Below are positions 39,961-51,271 of a stretch of 64,000 bases of DNA, in pieces (the first letter of the stretch is position 1; each line of letters opens with the position of its first letter). Location of the stretch: assembly GCA_951406725.2 (NCBI GenBank), contig OX597825.1:87730001-87794000 (forward strand), written 5' to 3'. The translations under genes and the position numbers were made by a program. The stretch comes from Octopus vulgaris (taxonomy: Eukaryota). Below the pieces are notes generated by a model, which was not told the DNA's origin, did no database searches, and saw only the letters and a list, made by a program, of their open reading frames with translations.

Positions 39961-40569
39961 AATACTTGCGTAACGTGGGTTTCTCCTCTGAGCGCCACCT
40001 GCTGTTACGCTCTCACCGAGTTTCTTTCCACTAGAGCGACAGAAGAAATAATGGACGGGGTCAAGAAAGAGTGATGATGATATAGCTACATTCATCTTTA
40101 TCCTTATCACAATCAAAAGCCTGAATGCATCCATTGAGAATCAAAACCATTGAGATTTCAGTTGTTGTTGATGGTGGTCATTAATTAATGTCAGATACTC
40201 TTCCCTAGCCCTACTGTGACCATAAAACCAGCCATAGCTCCATAAAAAAATATGTCAAAGAAGATGCTAGCAAGATAACGATAGAGAAGATGCGATAACC
40301 AGAAAGGGGATGGACAGAGGTGCCTTGGAATATTATGATTATCAACTAAAAGGCGCATAGCTTGGAAAACAACGGAGGTCACAATGAGATCAAAGTGTGG
40401 CAATTAAAATGTGCGTCGAAACTAAGCAAAATTTATATTTTAAAAATCTGGGAATTTAGTTAAGGATTTAAGGACCAAGTAATTTCATAATTTTCATAAG
40501 GCTGGGAAATTTTATATGAAAATATTTTTCCGAGTTTTTCTTAATAAGTTTACCTGTTATTCTCTTTTA

Positions 40570-40955
40570 CTCTCTTTTACTTGTTTCAGTCATTTGACTG
40601 TGGTCAGGCTGGAGCATTGCCTTTAGTCAAGCAAATTGATCCCAGGAATTATTCTTAGTAAACCTCGTACTTATTCTATAAGTCTCTTTTGCCGAACCGC
40701 ACAGTTATGGGGACGTAAACACACCAGCATCGGTTGTCAAGCGATGTTGGGGGACAAACACAGACACACAAACATACACACACATATACACATATACGAT
40801 GGGCTTCTTTCAGTTTCCGTCTACCAAATCCACTCACAAGGCTCTGGTCAGCCCGAGGCTATAGTAGAAGACTCTTGCTCAAGGTGCCACGCAGGGGACT
40901 GAACCCGGAACCATGGGGTTCGTAAACAAGCTACTTACCACGCAACCACTCCTTG
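40570..40955 (-). mobile_element. SINE family A, near-full-length
   Basis: ttacttgtttcagtcatttgactg..ctggagc..gggcttctttcagtttccgtctaccaaatccactcacaagg..ggactgaacccggaaccatg..ttaccacgcaaccactcc. Confidence 0.92.
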
Positions 40956-41889
40956 TTATATTTATCCTTTTTTTCTTCTTGTTAACCCTCAATCGTTGGT
41001 TTTGTTTCAATAGAAAATGTGTACCCCTACTAGGATGATATCTGAATTAAAGATTCATTGTTGAATAGTTTTATCCTGACCACCTTAACATTATGCTAGG
41101 AAGAAGCATTATAAGGTTTCTGTTTTATATAAAAGTCCCCCACTTTTAAGGCTTAGGATTGCTTTCTATCCTTCTCTTACTTGGTCCTTAAACTCTTTAC
41201 TATATTTTCAATGTTTTAGTATATAAATTTTATCAGTTTTGACTTTTAATTCCCGTTCTTTTAATTCCCATACTTTGATCTCATGATCTCCATTGCTTTC
41301 CATTTGAGTCCTCTTTTAATTGATCATCATAATATTAACTCACCCTTGTCCATCCTCTTTCTGGTTATCACCTCTTCTCTATTTATCATTAATTTGCTAG
41401 CATCTTCTTTGACATATTCTTTTATGTAGATATGGCTGGTTTTATGATCACAGTAAAATAGGGGCACGGAAGAGCAGCTGACATTAATTAATCACCAACA
41501 AGAATTTCACCGTCAATTCCCAATGGTTTTAATTCTGAGGGAATGTAGACTATTTGCTGCATTGGTTTTTTTTGAATGTTATAAGGATAATGATGAATGA
41601 AGCTATATCGCCATTCCTCTTTCTTGACCCCGCCCATTAGTTCTTCTGCCGATCTCAATTAAAGTAGGCTTTGGGTATTTTTCCCTAAATACATTCTGTT
41701 ACAATAATAACAAAAATAAGCAATGTAATTATTTTAGTCTCTCGTGCTGACGAAAAATTTGCTAAAAATTTGCTAAAAATTGTAATGGAGCGTCTTTTCT
41801 GTTAGAAATATATAAGATCTTACACGTCCGAGGAGAGTGTTTTATATCAAATTGATCGGTTAAACGGAGCAGTGTTACATATTTGCTGC

Positions 41890-42173
41890 ATGTATGTGTG
41901 TGTGTGTAGGTGTGTTTGTATATGTATGTTTGTATATGTATATATATGTATGTATATATGTATGTATATGTGTGTGTATGTATGTATGTATATATGTATG
42001 TATATATGAATCATATTTATATGTATATATTCACATATATATATATTCACATATATATATTCATACATATATATATATATATATATATTCATATATATAT
42101 TTATATATATATATTCATATATATATGTCTATATATGTATATATGTATGTACATATACATACTTGTGTATATG

Positions 42174-42251
<78 letters not shown>

Positions 42252-42270
42252 TAGGTATATATATATAAAT
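41890..42270. repeat. Compound (TATG)n/(TA)n/(GA)n microsatellite
   Basis: Direct inspection. Confidence 0.9.
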
Positions 42271-42711
42271 ATATATTTATGCGCCTGTGTTTGTCTCCAC
42301 GAGTGTGTCATCTTCGCTAACCTCCGCTGTATCGTGTTGCCAAGCTTCCAATCTTCATATTATAAGAAATTCATTCAGCATTTAAGTAAATATGGCTTCA
42401 TATAATGGGTTCGAGGCAGAAATAGTTATTGTATGGATACCATCAATAAATTTTCTTGTTCCTATTTTCTGTCTTAATGGGATTTCAGAATTAATGCGTC
42501 AAATTATTGAAATGTTAAAGGAACATAATTTAGATACTTAACGACGAACTACCAGGCTTAACAAAGGCATTTGCTTGTGTCGATTCAATCGTCTGAAAGT
42601 TCTTGAAGACGGTATACCACACCATGGCCACTGTCTAATATCTGAAATAATTTTTTCTTCTTTCAAAGATTAAAAGGTGCGTATGTGTGTGTGTGTATTT
42701 CTTTTCTTTTT

Positions 42712-43031
42712 CTTTTACACGTTTTAGTCATTTGACTGCGGCCATGCTGAAGTACAGCCTTTAGTTGAGCAAATCGACAGCAGGACTTATTCTTTGTAAG
42801 CCTAGTACTTATTATATCGGTCTATTTTGCCGAACGGCTAAGTTACGGGGACGTAAACACAACAGCATAGGTTGTCAAACACACACACACTCAAATATAC
42901 GACGGGCTTCTTTCAGTTTCCGACTAACTAGGCTTTGGTCGGCACTTGCTCATGGTTCCACGCGGTGGAACTGAACCCGGAATCATGTGGTTGGTAAGCA
43001 GGTTACTAACCAAACACCCACTCCTGCGCCT
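42712..43031 (-). mobile_element. SINE family A copy (internally deleted)
   Basis: Same diagnostic blocks as the 40570-40955 copy. Confidence 0.88.
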
Positions 43032-43153
43032 ATATATATATATATATAAATTCAGGGTGAGTACTTGATAATTGTAAGCACCTGTATATACCGTTTAGTG
43101 GTGTAGGTGGTGGAGTAGATTAATCAAAATAAAAACATGATGCCAAGGATTCA

Positions 43154-43231
43154 GCGGTACATATGTTTCGGGCCTTTATTAGACGGATTTATAACAATGC
43201 ATGATGTGTGTCTATGGCCTTCTTCAGCCGC
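43154..43231 (-). ncRNA. Minimal type I hammerhead ribozyme motif (Penelope-type)
   Basis: Minus strand reads gcgg-CUGAAGA-aggcc-[41 nt]-ggccc-GAAA-caua-uGUA-ccgc: stem I gcgg/ccgc, stem II ggcc/ggcc, palindromic stem III acauaugu, GUA cleavage triplet. Confidence 0.75.
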
Positions 43232-43667
43232 GCACAATTACTACCTCAAGGACATGTATTACATCAAAAATTCTACGTTGGGGATGCAAATCCTCTCATT
43301 CGCGTACGACATAATGCGGCACCAGCACAGAAATGAAGCGTCCATCTCGTCCTTCTCTCAATGTAGAATGAGGAAGTTTGGATGTTGAGGTAATATAAAT
43401 AAATGAATAAATAAATATATACATATATAAATACAGACAGACGTGAAGGAACCTGGTAATAAGAGTAAATAGGGATAAAGATGGAGGGGCGAGAATTCAG
43501 GACGAAGGTTAAAAAAATATAAAAATGTGAAAGATAAAAGAATATAAGTATATAAATATAAAAATATAAAGTATAAAGATATAGAGAGATATAAAAAAGT
43601 ATAAATGACGATAAAGATATAAAGTTATAAAAAAAATATAAAAAAATTATCAGAAATATAAAGGATA

Positions 43668-44184
43668 TCTATATATATAAAACTCTAGTTGTGTGAGTGT
43701 CTGTCCCCTTCGATTTAGATTCCTAACTCCTCCCACATTTTGCGGGGCAGTTTAACCAAATTCGGGTATCTTATAGTCGGGATTAATATCGAGCCCGTCT
43801 GGCTATTAGCGCGCGTCTACGATGAGTCTACGATTTAAAAAATAATTTAACATCATTTTTTATTCCATTTTAATGCATAATTTTTCGTGTGTCGATGACG
43901 GCGGAGTTGGCGTCCACGCTCAAACACCTGCACCTGTGTTTGCTTCTCCCCCTTCTTCCCTCCCTCGTGAAGCTGTGGGGAAGGGAGTTTAAGGAAATCA
44001 ACGTCGCAATGCGTTGTCAAGGAGACCAGCGTTCTTTTAGAACAACGACTTCATGGCTTGAAGACACCAAAACAGAAATGGCTAAGAAAGCCCGAATTGG
44101 CATCTATAAGGGAAGTAAGTCTCTAAAAATGCTTATATAGTTATTTCCCTTACAAACCCGAGCAACGCCGGGCGATACTGCTAG
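43668..44184 (+). mobile_element. Non-autonomous Helitron (517 bp)
   Basis: 5' TC (tctatatatataaaa), 3' hairpin cccgagcaacgccggg then CTAG, inserted between A (43667) and T (44185) with no TSD. Confidence 0.92.
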
Positions 44185-44418
44185 TAAGAATATAAAAATG
44201 TAAAAAGAATATAAGGATAAGGGATATAAAGTTGTTACGAACCAACATGGTGGTCAGGAAAATGACATATTCTCGTTGTAGAAGCCGTAGGTGTCATAAA
44301 TCAACCGGGGCGTCTGGGGACCTAGTGTATTGTAAATTAGAGTTGTCTGGTTAAATCGCTTATCTAGTTCCTCGTTACGTGTCTAGTGGTCAGCATGTAC
44401 ATACGTACATGCGTGTAC

Positions 44419-44511
<93 letters not shown>

Positions 44512-44994
44512 TAGATAGATAGATAGATGTACATATACCTATGTATATATGTATATATATATATTATTTATATTATATATACTTATATATATGAGGAACA
44601 GCAATCAACAGGCAGAACATTCAACTATTGTATTTGTAAGCCTGAAACGATAAGTGTAGCAACCCTACAGGAATTCTGAAATATTGAAATCATAATCTCT
44701 TTTATGTATCCCTGAAAGCACATGTATACAATGGTTATTAATGGTTAGAAAGATCCACCCCGTTCCTGAGAGCCCATAGTGATAATTACAACAAAAAAAA
44801 AAAACGAAAATAGGGATTTGGTGGATTCGAACGTGATCAAAAGGTACCAAACGATATTACAGCTTCGCCCAAAAACAATTCTATTATATATTGTCGAGAT
44901 TTGCGAGTCAGTATTGAACATCGAGAAATTTCTTTCCGGAGTCCGCAAAATGCAAAATTACATCTTAGTTCAATTCAAATGATACACACCCAAC

Positions 44995-45054
<60 letters not shown>

Positions 45055-45793
45055 AAATGTGTATGTATTATATATATATGTGTTTGTGCGTGTATATATA
45101 TATATATATATATATAAAGAAATCATACATACACGTGCACAGTGGCACACACATACACGCATCGCACACACGCTCACATGTATACGGTATAAGTATTAGG
45201 TTAGATTGAACATTTGTATGCGCAGCCCATACATCTTTTCAATAGATATTGCCAGTGTACACAACATTATGTCGCACAGCGACCGAAATGCTGAGGAAAA
45301 TATATTGTTTTGTCATTCTCTCAGCGTAACAATGATTCGCTTATTCCTTAGACACTTTACTTATGTTTTGAAGAACACTGACACACTTGATCGATCGACT
45401 CCATTATACTTTTTGTATATTATTTAATGGATCCTAACTGCGTGGATTTTCCCAGTTGGTTACCATAAGCTATTAAGACTATCTTTCACCTTTTTCGCTG
45501 CTAACCATGACAATTCAACATAGTGACTCTCCATTATTTCGAGGAAGTTATATGCTACAGGTTACGTCTAAAAATATTCACTGCTTTCTTGACTTGAAAC
45601 GATTTTAGCTCAAAATTCTAATCACGTCCCGGAAAAGTTGACTCTGGATGTTAAAACATGTAAATCAACATACTATTTCTCTTAATCTCCATCACTATGT
45701 CCATAAATATAACATTGATATATCTCCCTTTTGCAGGTGGAAATATAATTAAACCGTTAATATATTCATTACCTAACACCTATATTGTGATGT

Positions 45794-45846
<53 letters not shown>

Positions 45847-47030
45847 TTTCCAAATAATAGTTTGTCTTTTAGTTATAAGGCATGCCTCGGTGCGAGGACA
45901 GAATAGATATTGAGAGATAAACCAGGCACAGAACTGTAATGAATATAGCAGTGTCTAAATTTTGTTGAAATTGCCTACGTGTAATTACACTTGATTTATG
46001 GAGCAGTACCGACAAGTGTATTGATTTTTACCTTTTGCAAATAAATCGAATTAATTTCGTTACACCTGATCGCATTCTTGAGAAACCCGATGATATGAAA
46101 AGTAAGTTAAAAATCAATTTAGAATTGAACCCACATCATGGCATTCACCCCGGCTTCCGATTTATGCCAAGTATAATATTTCAAATAAGCTAATCTTCAG
46201 TATATTTATATCAGTGGCTTTGCATGTCATATGTGACAGATTCGATGATTTAATACACAAAAATCAGCTTAGACACATGAATGCAATCATTAGTGAGAGC
46301 CCCGAGTTAAATGCTAGATTAATGTGAGCGCTGAGATATCTCACTGCAAACAATATCTTTATCTGCTGATACGCCTAAAGCAGGGAATATGTCTGCTAGT
46401 GAAATGTTCTATAGAAGGTGAGGAAAAATACGCGGCTAATTAGCTTCACAGAGTCTATTAATGGCAAAACATTTACAAGCTGCTATTAATTCTTAATACT
46501 TTTAATGTTTTATGCTAATAGCATAAATATTTTTTTTTTCTGTATTTGTAGTTATAAACTTCTTCGTAGAATCAGAACTTCGGCGAATATGAATTTTCTT
46601 CACTTCGATTCCCCTCAGTGTATGCAGTAGAGTTGTGAACATTAAATTAAATAGCAATATGTCAAGTTAACTGTTTAATATCTGAACGATAAGATGCAGT
46701 CATTACTGTAATGACTACGGAATTATCAATTTATCTTGAACGCTTATAAAACTATGATATTGATGACATATAGATACCGTAAAGCAAAGATTGAATTCTA
46801 ATTTGAGAGAGGCTGGCATAACGTTATGAGGGACAAGTTAAATGCGTATATATAAAAAAAAGAAATCATTTCCAACATAATAATGATGACATGACAAGCA
46901 GATATATTCGTTGTATGTCTTGACACCTGAGAATGTTTAATGGTGATAGAGTAAATATAGGTGACATTTGATAATTATCTGATTGAATTCGAAACCCCGT
47001 ATATCTGTCTGTTTGTCTGTCCAAATGCAT

Positions 47031-47075
<45 letters not shown>

Positions 47076-47099
47076 CATACACACACACACATACATGTA

Positions 47100-47302
47100 T
47101 TGAGGTTTAAGATGAGATAATTACTAGGATGGCAAAGGTTGTCACGCAGAATCAGTTAATAACTGCTTTGTGTTTGTGCTGTACACAAATTTACGCAGCA
47201 ATCTTGTGCAAACATTTACTGGAGAATTTCAAATTCCGATCTATTTATCTCTTGTGTCTAACTATTTAACTATGTATCTATTGTGTCTCAATATTTCTCT
47301 CC

Positions 47303-47373
<71 letters not shown>

Positions 47374-47648
47374 GGGAGAGAAATATTGAGACACAGATGG
47401 AAATATTTTCGAGATCTGGACAGATAGTTGATCACAAATTTTGATGAATCTGTGCGTTTAGTACGTATAGAAGGTATTTCAATCTATAAATAAGCAAACA
47501 CTATCTAGATTGGAATTTGAAATCCTCCAGTAAATGTTTGCACAAGATTGCTGCGTAAATTTGTATACAGCACAAACACGAAGCAGTTATTAATTGATTC
47601 TGCGTGACAATCTTTGCGATTCAAGTAATTGTCTCATCTTAAACCTCA

Positions 47649-47649
<1 letters not shown>
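47100..47649. repeat. Nested inverted repeats: 144-bp outer arms and 25-bp inner arms around (TA)n
   Basis: 47100-47243 versus 47506-47649 (~10 mismatches), flanked by (CA)n left and (GT)n right; inner 47282-47306 versus 47371-47395 (1 mismatch) around (TA)n 47307-47370. Confidence 0.93.
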
Positions 47650-47701
<52 letters not shown>

Positions 47702-48276
47702 TGTAACAAACCGAAGTTGTAAGGTACCGCACGAGTGGAATTATATATGAAAGAAGGTTTGAAAATGCAATTTTAAAAGATGTTTATTCACTTTACCGGT
47801 TTCACTTTTTTAGAAAAAGATTGTCAAAAGTAACATGTAAAAGCTTTGTTGTGTTAGGTACTGGTTGACACAAAATATTACAGTACATATATACATTCTT
47901 TGATAATAATAAGAGAATGTTAAAAACAGTTTACAGAAAAAATCTTGAGAGATTATTAAAAAGTTCATAAAAAATATAAGGATTTCATTAGAAATCATGT
48001 TTGTTAGGAAGTATCTATATATATATACACAGAAAATTATAAGTTCAAAAAGGTCATATTTGGGTAGTATATATATACACAGAAGGAGATATATTCAGCT
48101 TACAAAGAATTTGGGATGAAATGACCTGTTTCACCACTTTATCGTAAAAGGTGTGTTTGGTTGGGAGGAAGGAAGAGCAATGTGGCATTGAAAAGAAGTT
48201 TTTGTTTCTCTTTCAAGGTTCAGTGGTTTGGGGGATCGGTCTTTAGAGGTCAGAATGGTGTGAGTGTGTGTGTCTT

Positions 48277-48335
<59 letters not shown>

Positions 48336-48340
<5 letters not shown>

Positions 48341-48687
48341 CTAAAGCCGTTTTGCGTCTCAGGAAGGATCCTCTCTGACAGCGTTTTGAGGCGGTTGTTC
48401 AGGATGCGTGCAAGAATCTGCCCAGCAGTTGCTAATAAGGAAATACCCCGGTAATTTCCACACTCAGAACGATCACCCTTTCGTTTGTAAATGGCAATGA
48501 TGTTAGCATCCCTGAAGTCGGATGGTATAACTTCATTTATCCAGATTTTGACCAAGAGTTGGTGGAGCTGGTGTTGGACAAAATCACATCCCAGTTTGTA
48601 GATCTTAGCTGGGATTCCGTCAGGACCCGCGGCTTTGTTGTTCTTCATCGCTGTGACAGCAATTTTAACCTCTTCGAGGGATGGAAT
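48336..48687 (-). mobile_element. Inverted 5' segment of RTE LINE (RT N-terminal half)
   Basis: Minus strand: IPSLEEVKIAVTAMKNNKAAGPDGIP..KGDRSECGNYRGISLLATAGQILARILNNRL..LPETQNGFRP. Confidence 0.95.
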
Positions 48688-50149
48688 TTTAGGCCATTAC
48701 GAAGCACAACCGACATGATCTTCACGCTGCGACAGTTACAAGAAAAATGTCGTGAGCAACACCACCCGCTCTATTTGGCCTTTATCGACCTATCCAAAGC
48801 CTTTGATCGTGTCTCGCGTGAACTCCTCTGGGATATTCTCGTCCAGTATTGATGCCCAGATAAGTTCATCCGGATCCTCATACTCCTCCACGACAATATG
48901 CACGCCAGAGTCCAGACCGACGGAGGTAGTTCTGAGCCCTTTAAAGTCACCTCCGGAGTGAAGCAAGGCTGCGTGATAGCGCCAAATCTCTTTACCATCT
49001 TTATCGCGATAGTGTTGCACATCATACGAGATGACCTTCCACCTGGCATCCAGATCTCGTACAGAATGTACGGCAAGCTTTTCAACCTCGCTCGCCTCAA
49101 AAGTACGTCAAAGACAATGGCGCGAAGCTTGCTAGAGTTCCAATACGCCGACGACAACAGTGTAGCAGCTTACAGAGAGGATCACCTCCAATAGATCCTA
49201 AATGCTTTTCATCATGCATATACTAAACTTGGACTGAGCATCAACATCAAGAAGACTCACTTACTCTACCAACCTCCTCCCAATGCCCATGTTGACAACC
49301 CGCCATCGATTCAACTCGAAGGAATTCCAATGGAAAATGTGAACCATTCCTGCTACCTTGGGAGCCATCTGTCAGCAAAGGTAGACCTCAGCGATGAAAT
49401 CCAACACCGTCTGAAGTGTGCAGGAACAGCTTTTGGCAAGCTTCGAACAAGAGTTTTTGCTGATCGGGACATTCCGAACCGGAAACAAACTCATGGTGTA
49501 CAGGGCAGTCATTATTCCAACCCTTGTTTACGCATCCGAAACCTGGACCCCGTATAGTCACCACCTGAAAACGCTCGAGAAATTTCACCAACGCTGTCTT
49601 CGGAAGATCCTTAACATCAGCTGGGAAGACAGAAGAACTAACGTCAGCGTGCTACAAGAAGCAAAAACGACCAGCATCGAAGCCTATGTCATCAAAGGCC
49701 AACTAAGATGGAGCGGTCACGTGGTAAGAATGACTGACGAACGACTTCCCAAACAGATCTTCTACTCACAACTCAAAGACGGCAAGCGTACAAAAGGAGG
49801 CCAGAAGAAACGCTACAAGGACTCCCTGAAAACGAACCTCAAAAAGTGTGACATCGACTTCACTAACTGGGAGGAAACGGCAGAAAACAGACCACTCTGG
49901 AAAAACACCATCCATGAGGGAACGGCGACTTTCGAGTTGAAAAGGTCTGCAGAGCTGGAGGAGAAAAGACGACGACGGAAGGAGCGCCAACAACAACCAC
50001 GTGCGACTCTCCCTTCCGGCACTAGATGTCCGCACTGCGACCGATCTTTTCAAGCAAGAATTGGTCTTATCGGTCACCTACGGACTCACCAGTAAATTTG
50101 CGCGAAGACCATCATCCTCGACCTTGAGGGATTACCATCACCATCATCA
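48688..50149 (+). mobile_element. RTE LINE 3' segment (RT C-terminal half to 3' tail), young with few lesions
   Basis: FRPLRSTTDMIFTLRQLQEK, AFIDLSKAFD, GVKQGCVIAP, QYADD, YASETWT, LRWSGHVVRM..RLPKQIFY, CPHCDRSF.ARIGL.GHLRTH; (CAT/CAC)n tail then (TA)n; a couple of stops and one frameshift. Confidence 0.96.
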
Positions 50150-50571
50150 TATATATATATATACATGTGTTTGTGTGTGTGGGCCGTTTTTGATTGGTCC
50201 CAGGGTTTATTGTGTATGTAAATGTGTCAGTGTGTAGGATGGTGTGCACGTTTGTGAGTGTGTGTATGTGTGTGGTTAGTATTTGTTAGGATGTTGTGTG
50301 TGCGCTAGTGTGTGTATGTCTTTGTTTGCATGTGAGTATGTGTGCGTCGGTTGGTGCATGTGTATGCTTGTGTATTTTTTGTGTTGGTGAGGATGTGTGT
50401 GTGTAGGTGAGTGTGTGTGTGTACATGAGTGTGTGTGTCTGTATCTCTATCTTAGTACAGAGATACACACAGAGGAGGGTCAAGGGTCGCTCTGGTTTCG
50501 GCAGTGAACAGTTACAGGTATATGGCTTTTATTTGAGGCAATTGAAGAAACCGCAGTATTTATGGGATGAA

Positions 50572-50650
<79 letters not shown>

Positions 50651-50687
50651 ATTGCTTTTAAAATATATATTAATAAAAATATATACG

Positions 50688-50876
50688 AAAGACCTATAAA
50701 ATAAAATATAACATCCTATTTTGGGTCATTTATAAATAATCAAGGTAATATAAATAATCAAGGTAATCTTTGTTTTATGTTATTGTATTGCATAAGATTA
50801 CCTTGATTATTTATATTACCTTGATTATTTATAAATGACCCAAAATAGGATGTTATATTTTATTTTATAGGTCTTT
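50688..50876. repeat. Perfect inverted repeat, 83-bp arms, 23-bp spacer
   Basis: 50688-50770 is the exact reverse complement of 50794-50876, including an internal tandem tataaataatcaaggtaa duplication in both arms; lies between (TA)n tracts. Confidence 0.95.
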
Positions 50877-50965
50877 AATATATATTATTTATTAATGCAT
50901 AATATTATTTTGAAATAAGAAAATGAATAATTTTTTATAAAAAAAGCAATGTTGTCAAATTTAGA

Positions 50966-51011
<46 letters not shown>

Positions 51012-51029
51012 TACATCATCTCCATACCT

Positions 51030-51071
<42 letters not shown>

Positions 51072-51077
51072 TATATA

Positions 51078-51161
<84 letters not shown>

Positions 51162-51233
51162 TATAATATATATATCAACATTACTTCTCAGCATAGTTAC
51201 TACTTTCATTTCTTATACAGATTTTTAACTGGC

Positions 51234-51271
<38 letters not shown>

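Larger units (their letters stand above)
39405..41870. repeat. Long old inverted repeat, ~700-bp arms
   Basis: Left arm 39405-~40520 (with ~400-bp insertion at ~39630-40030) is reverse-complementary to right arm ~41120-41870, e.g. atatgtcaaagaagatgctagcaa / ttgctagcatcttctttgacatat and agactaaaataattacattgcttat / ataagcaatgtaattattttagtct. Confidence 0.88.
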
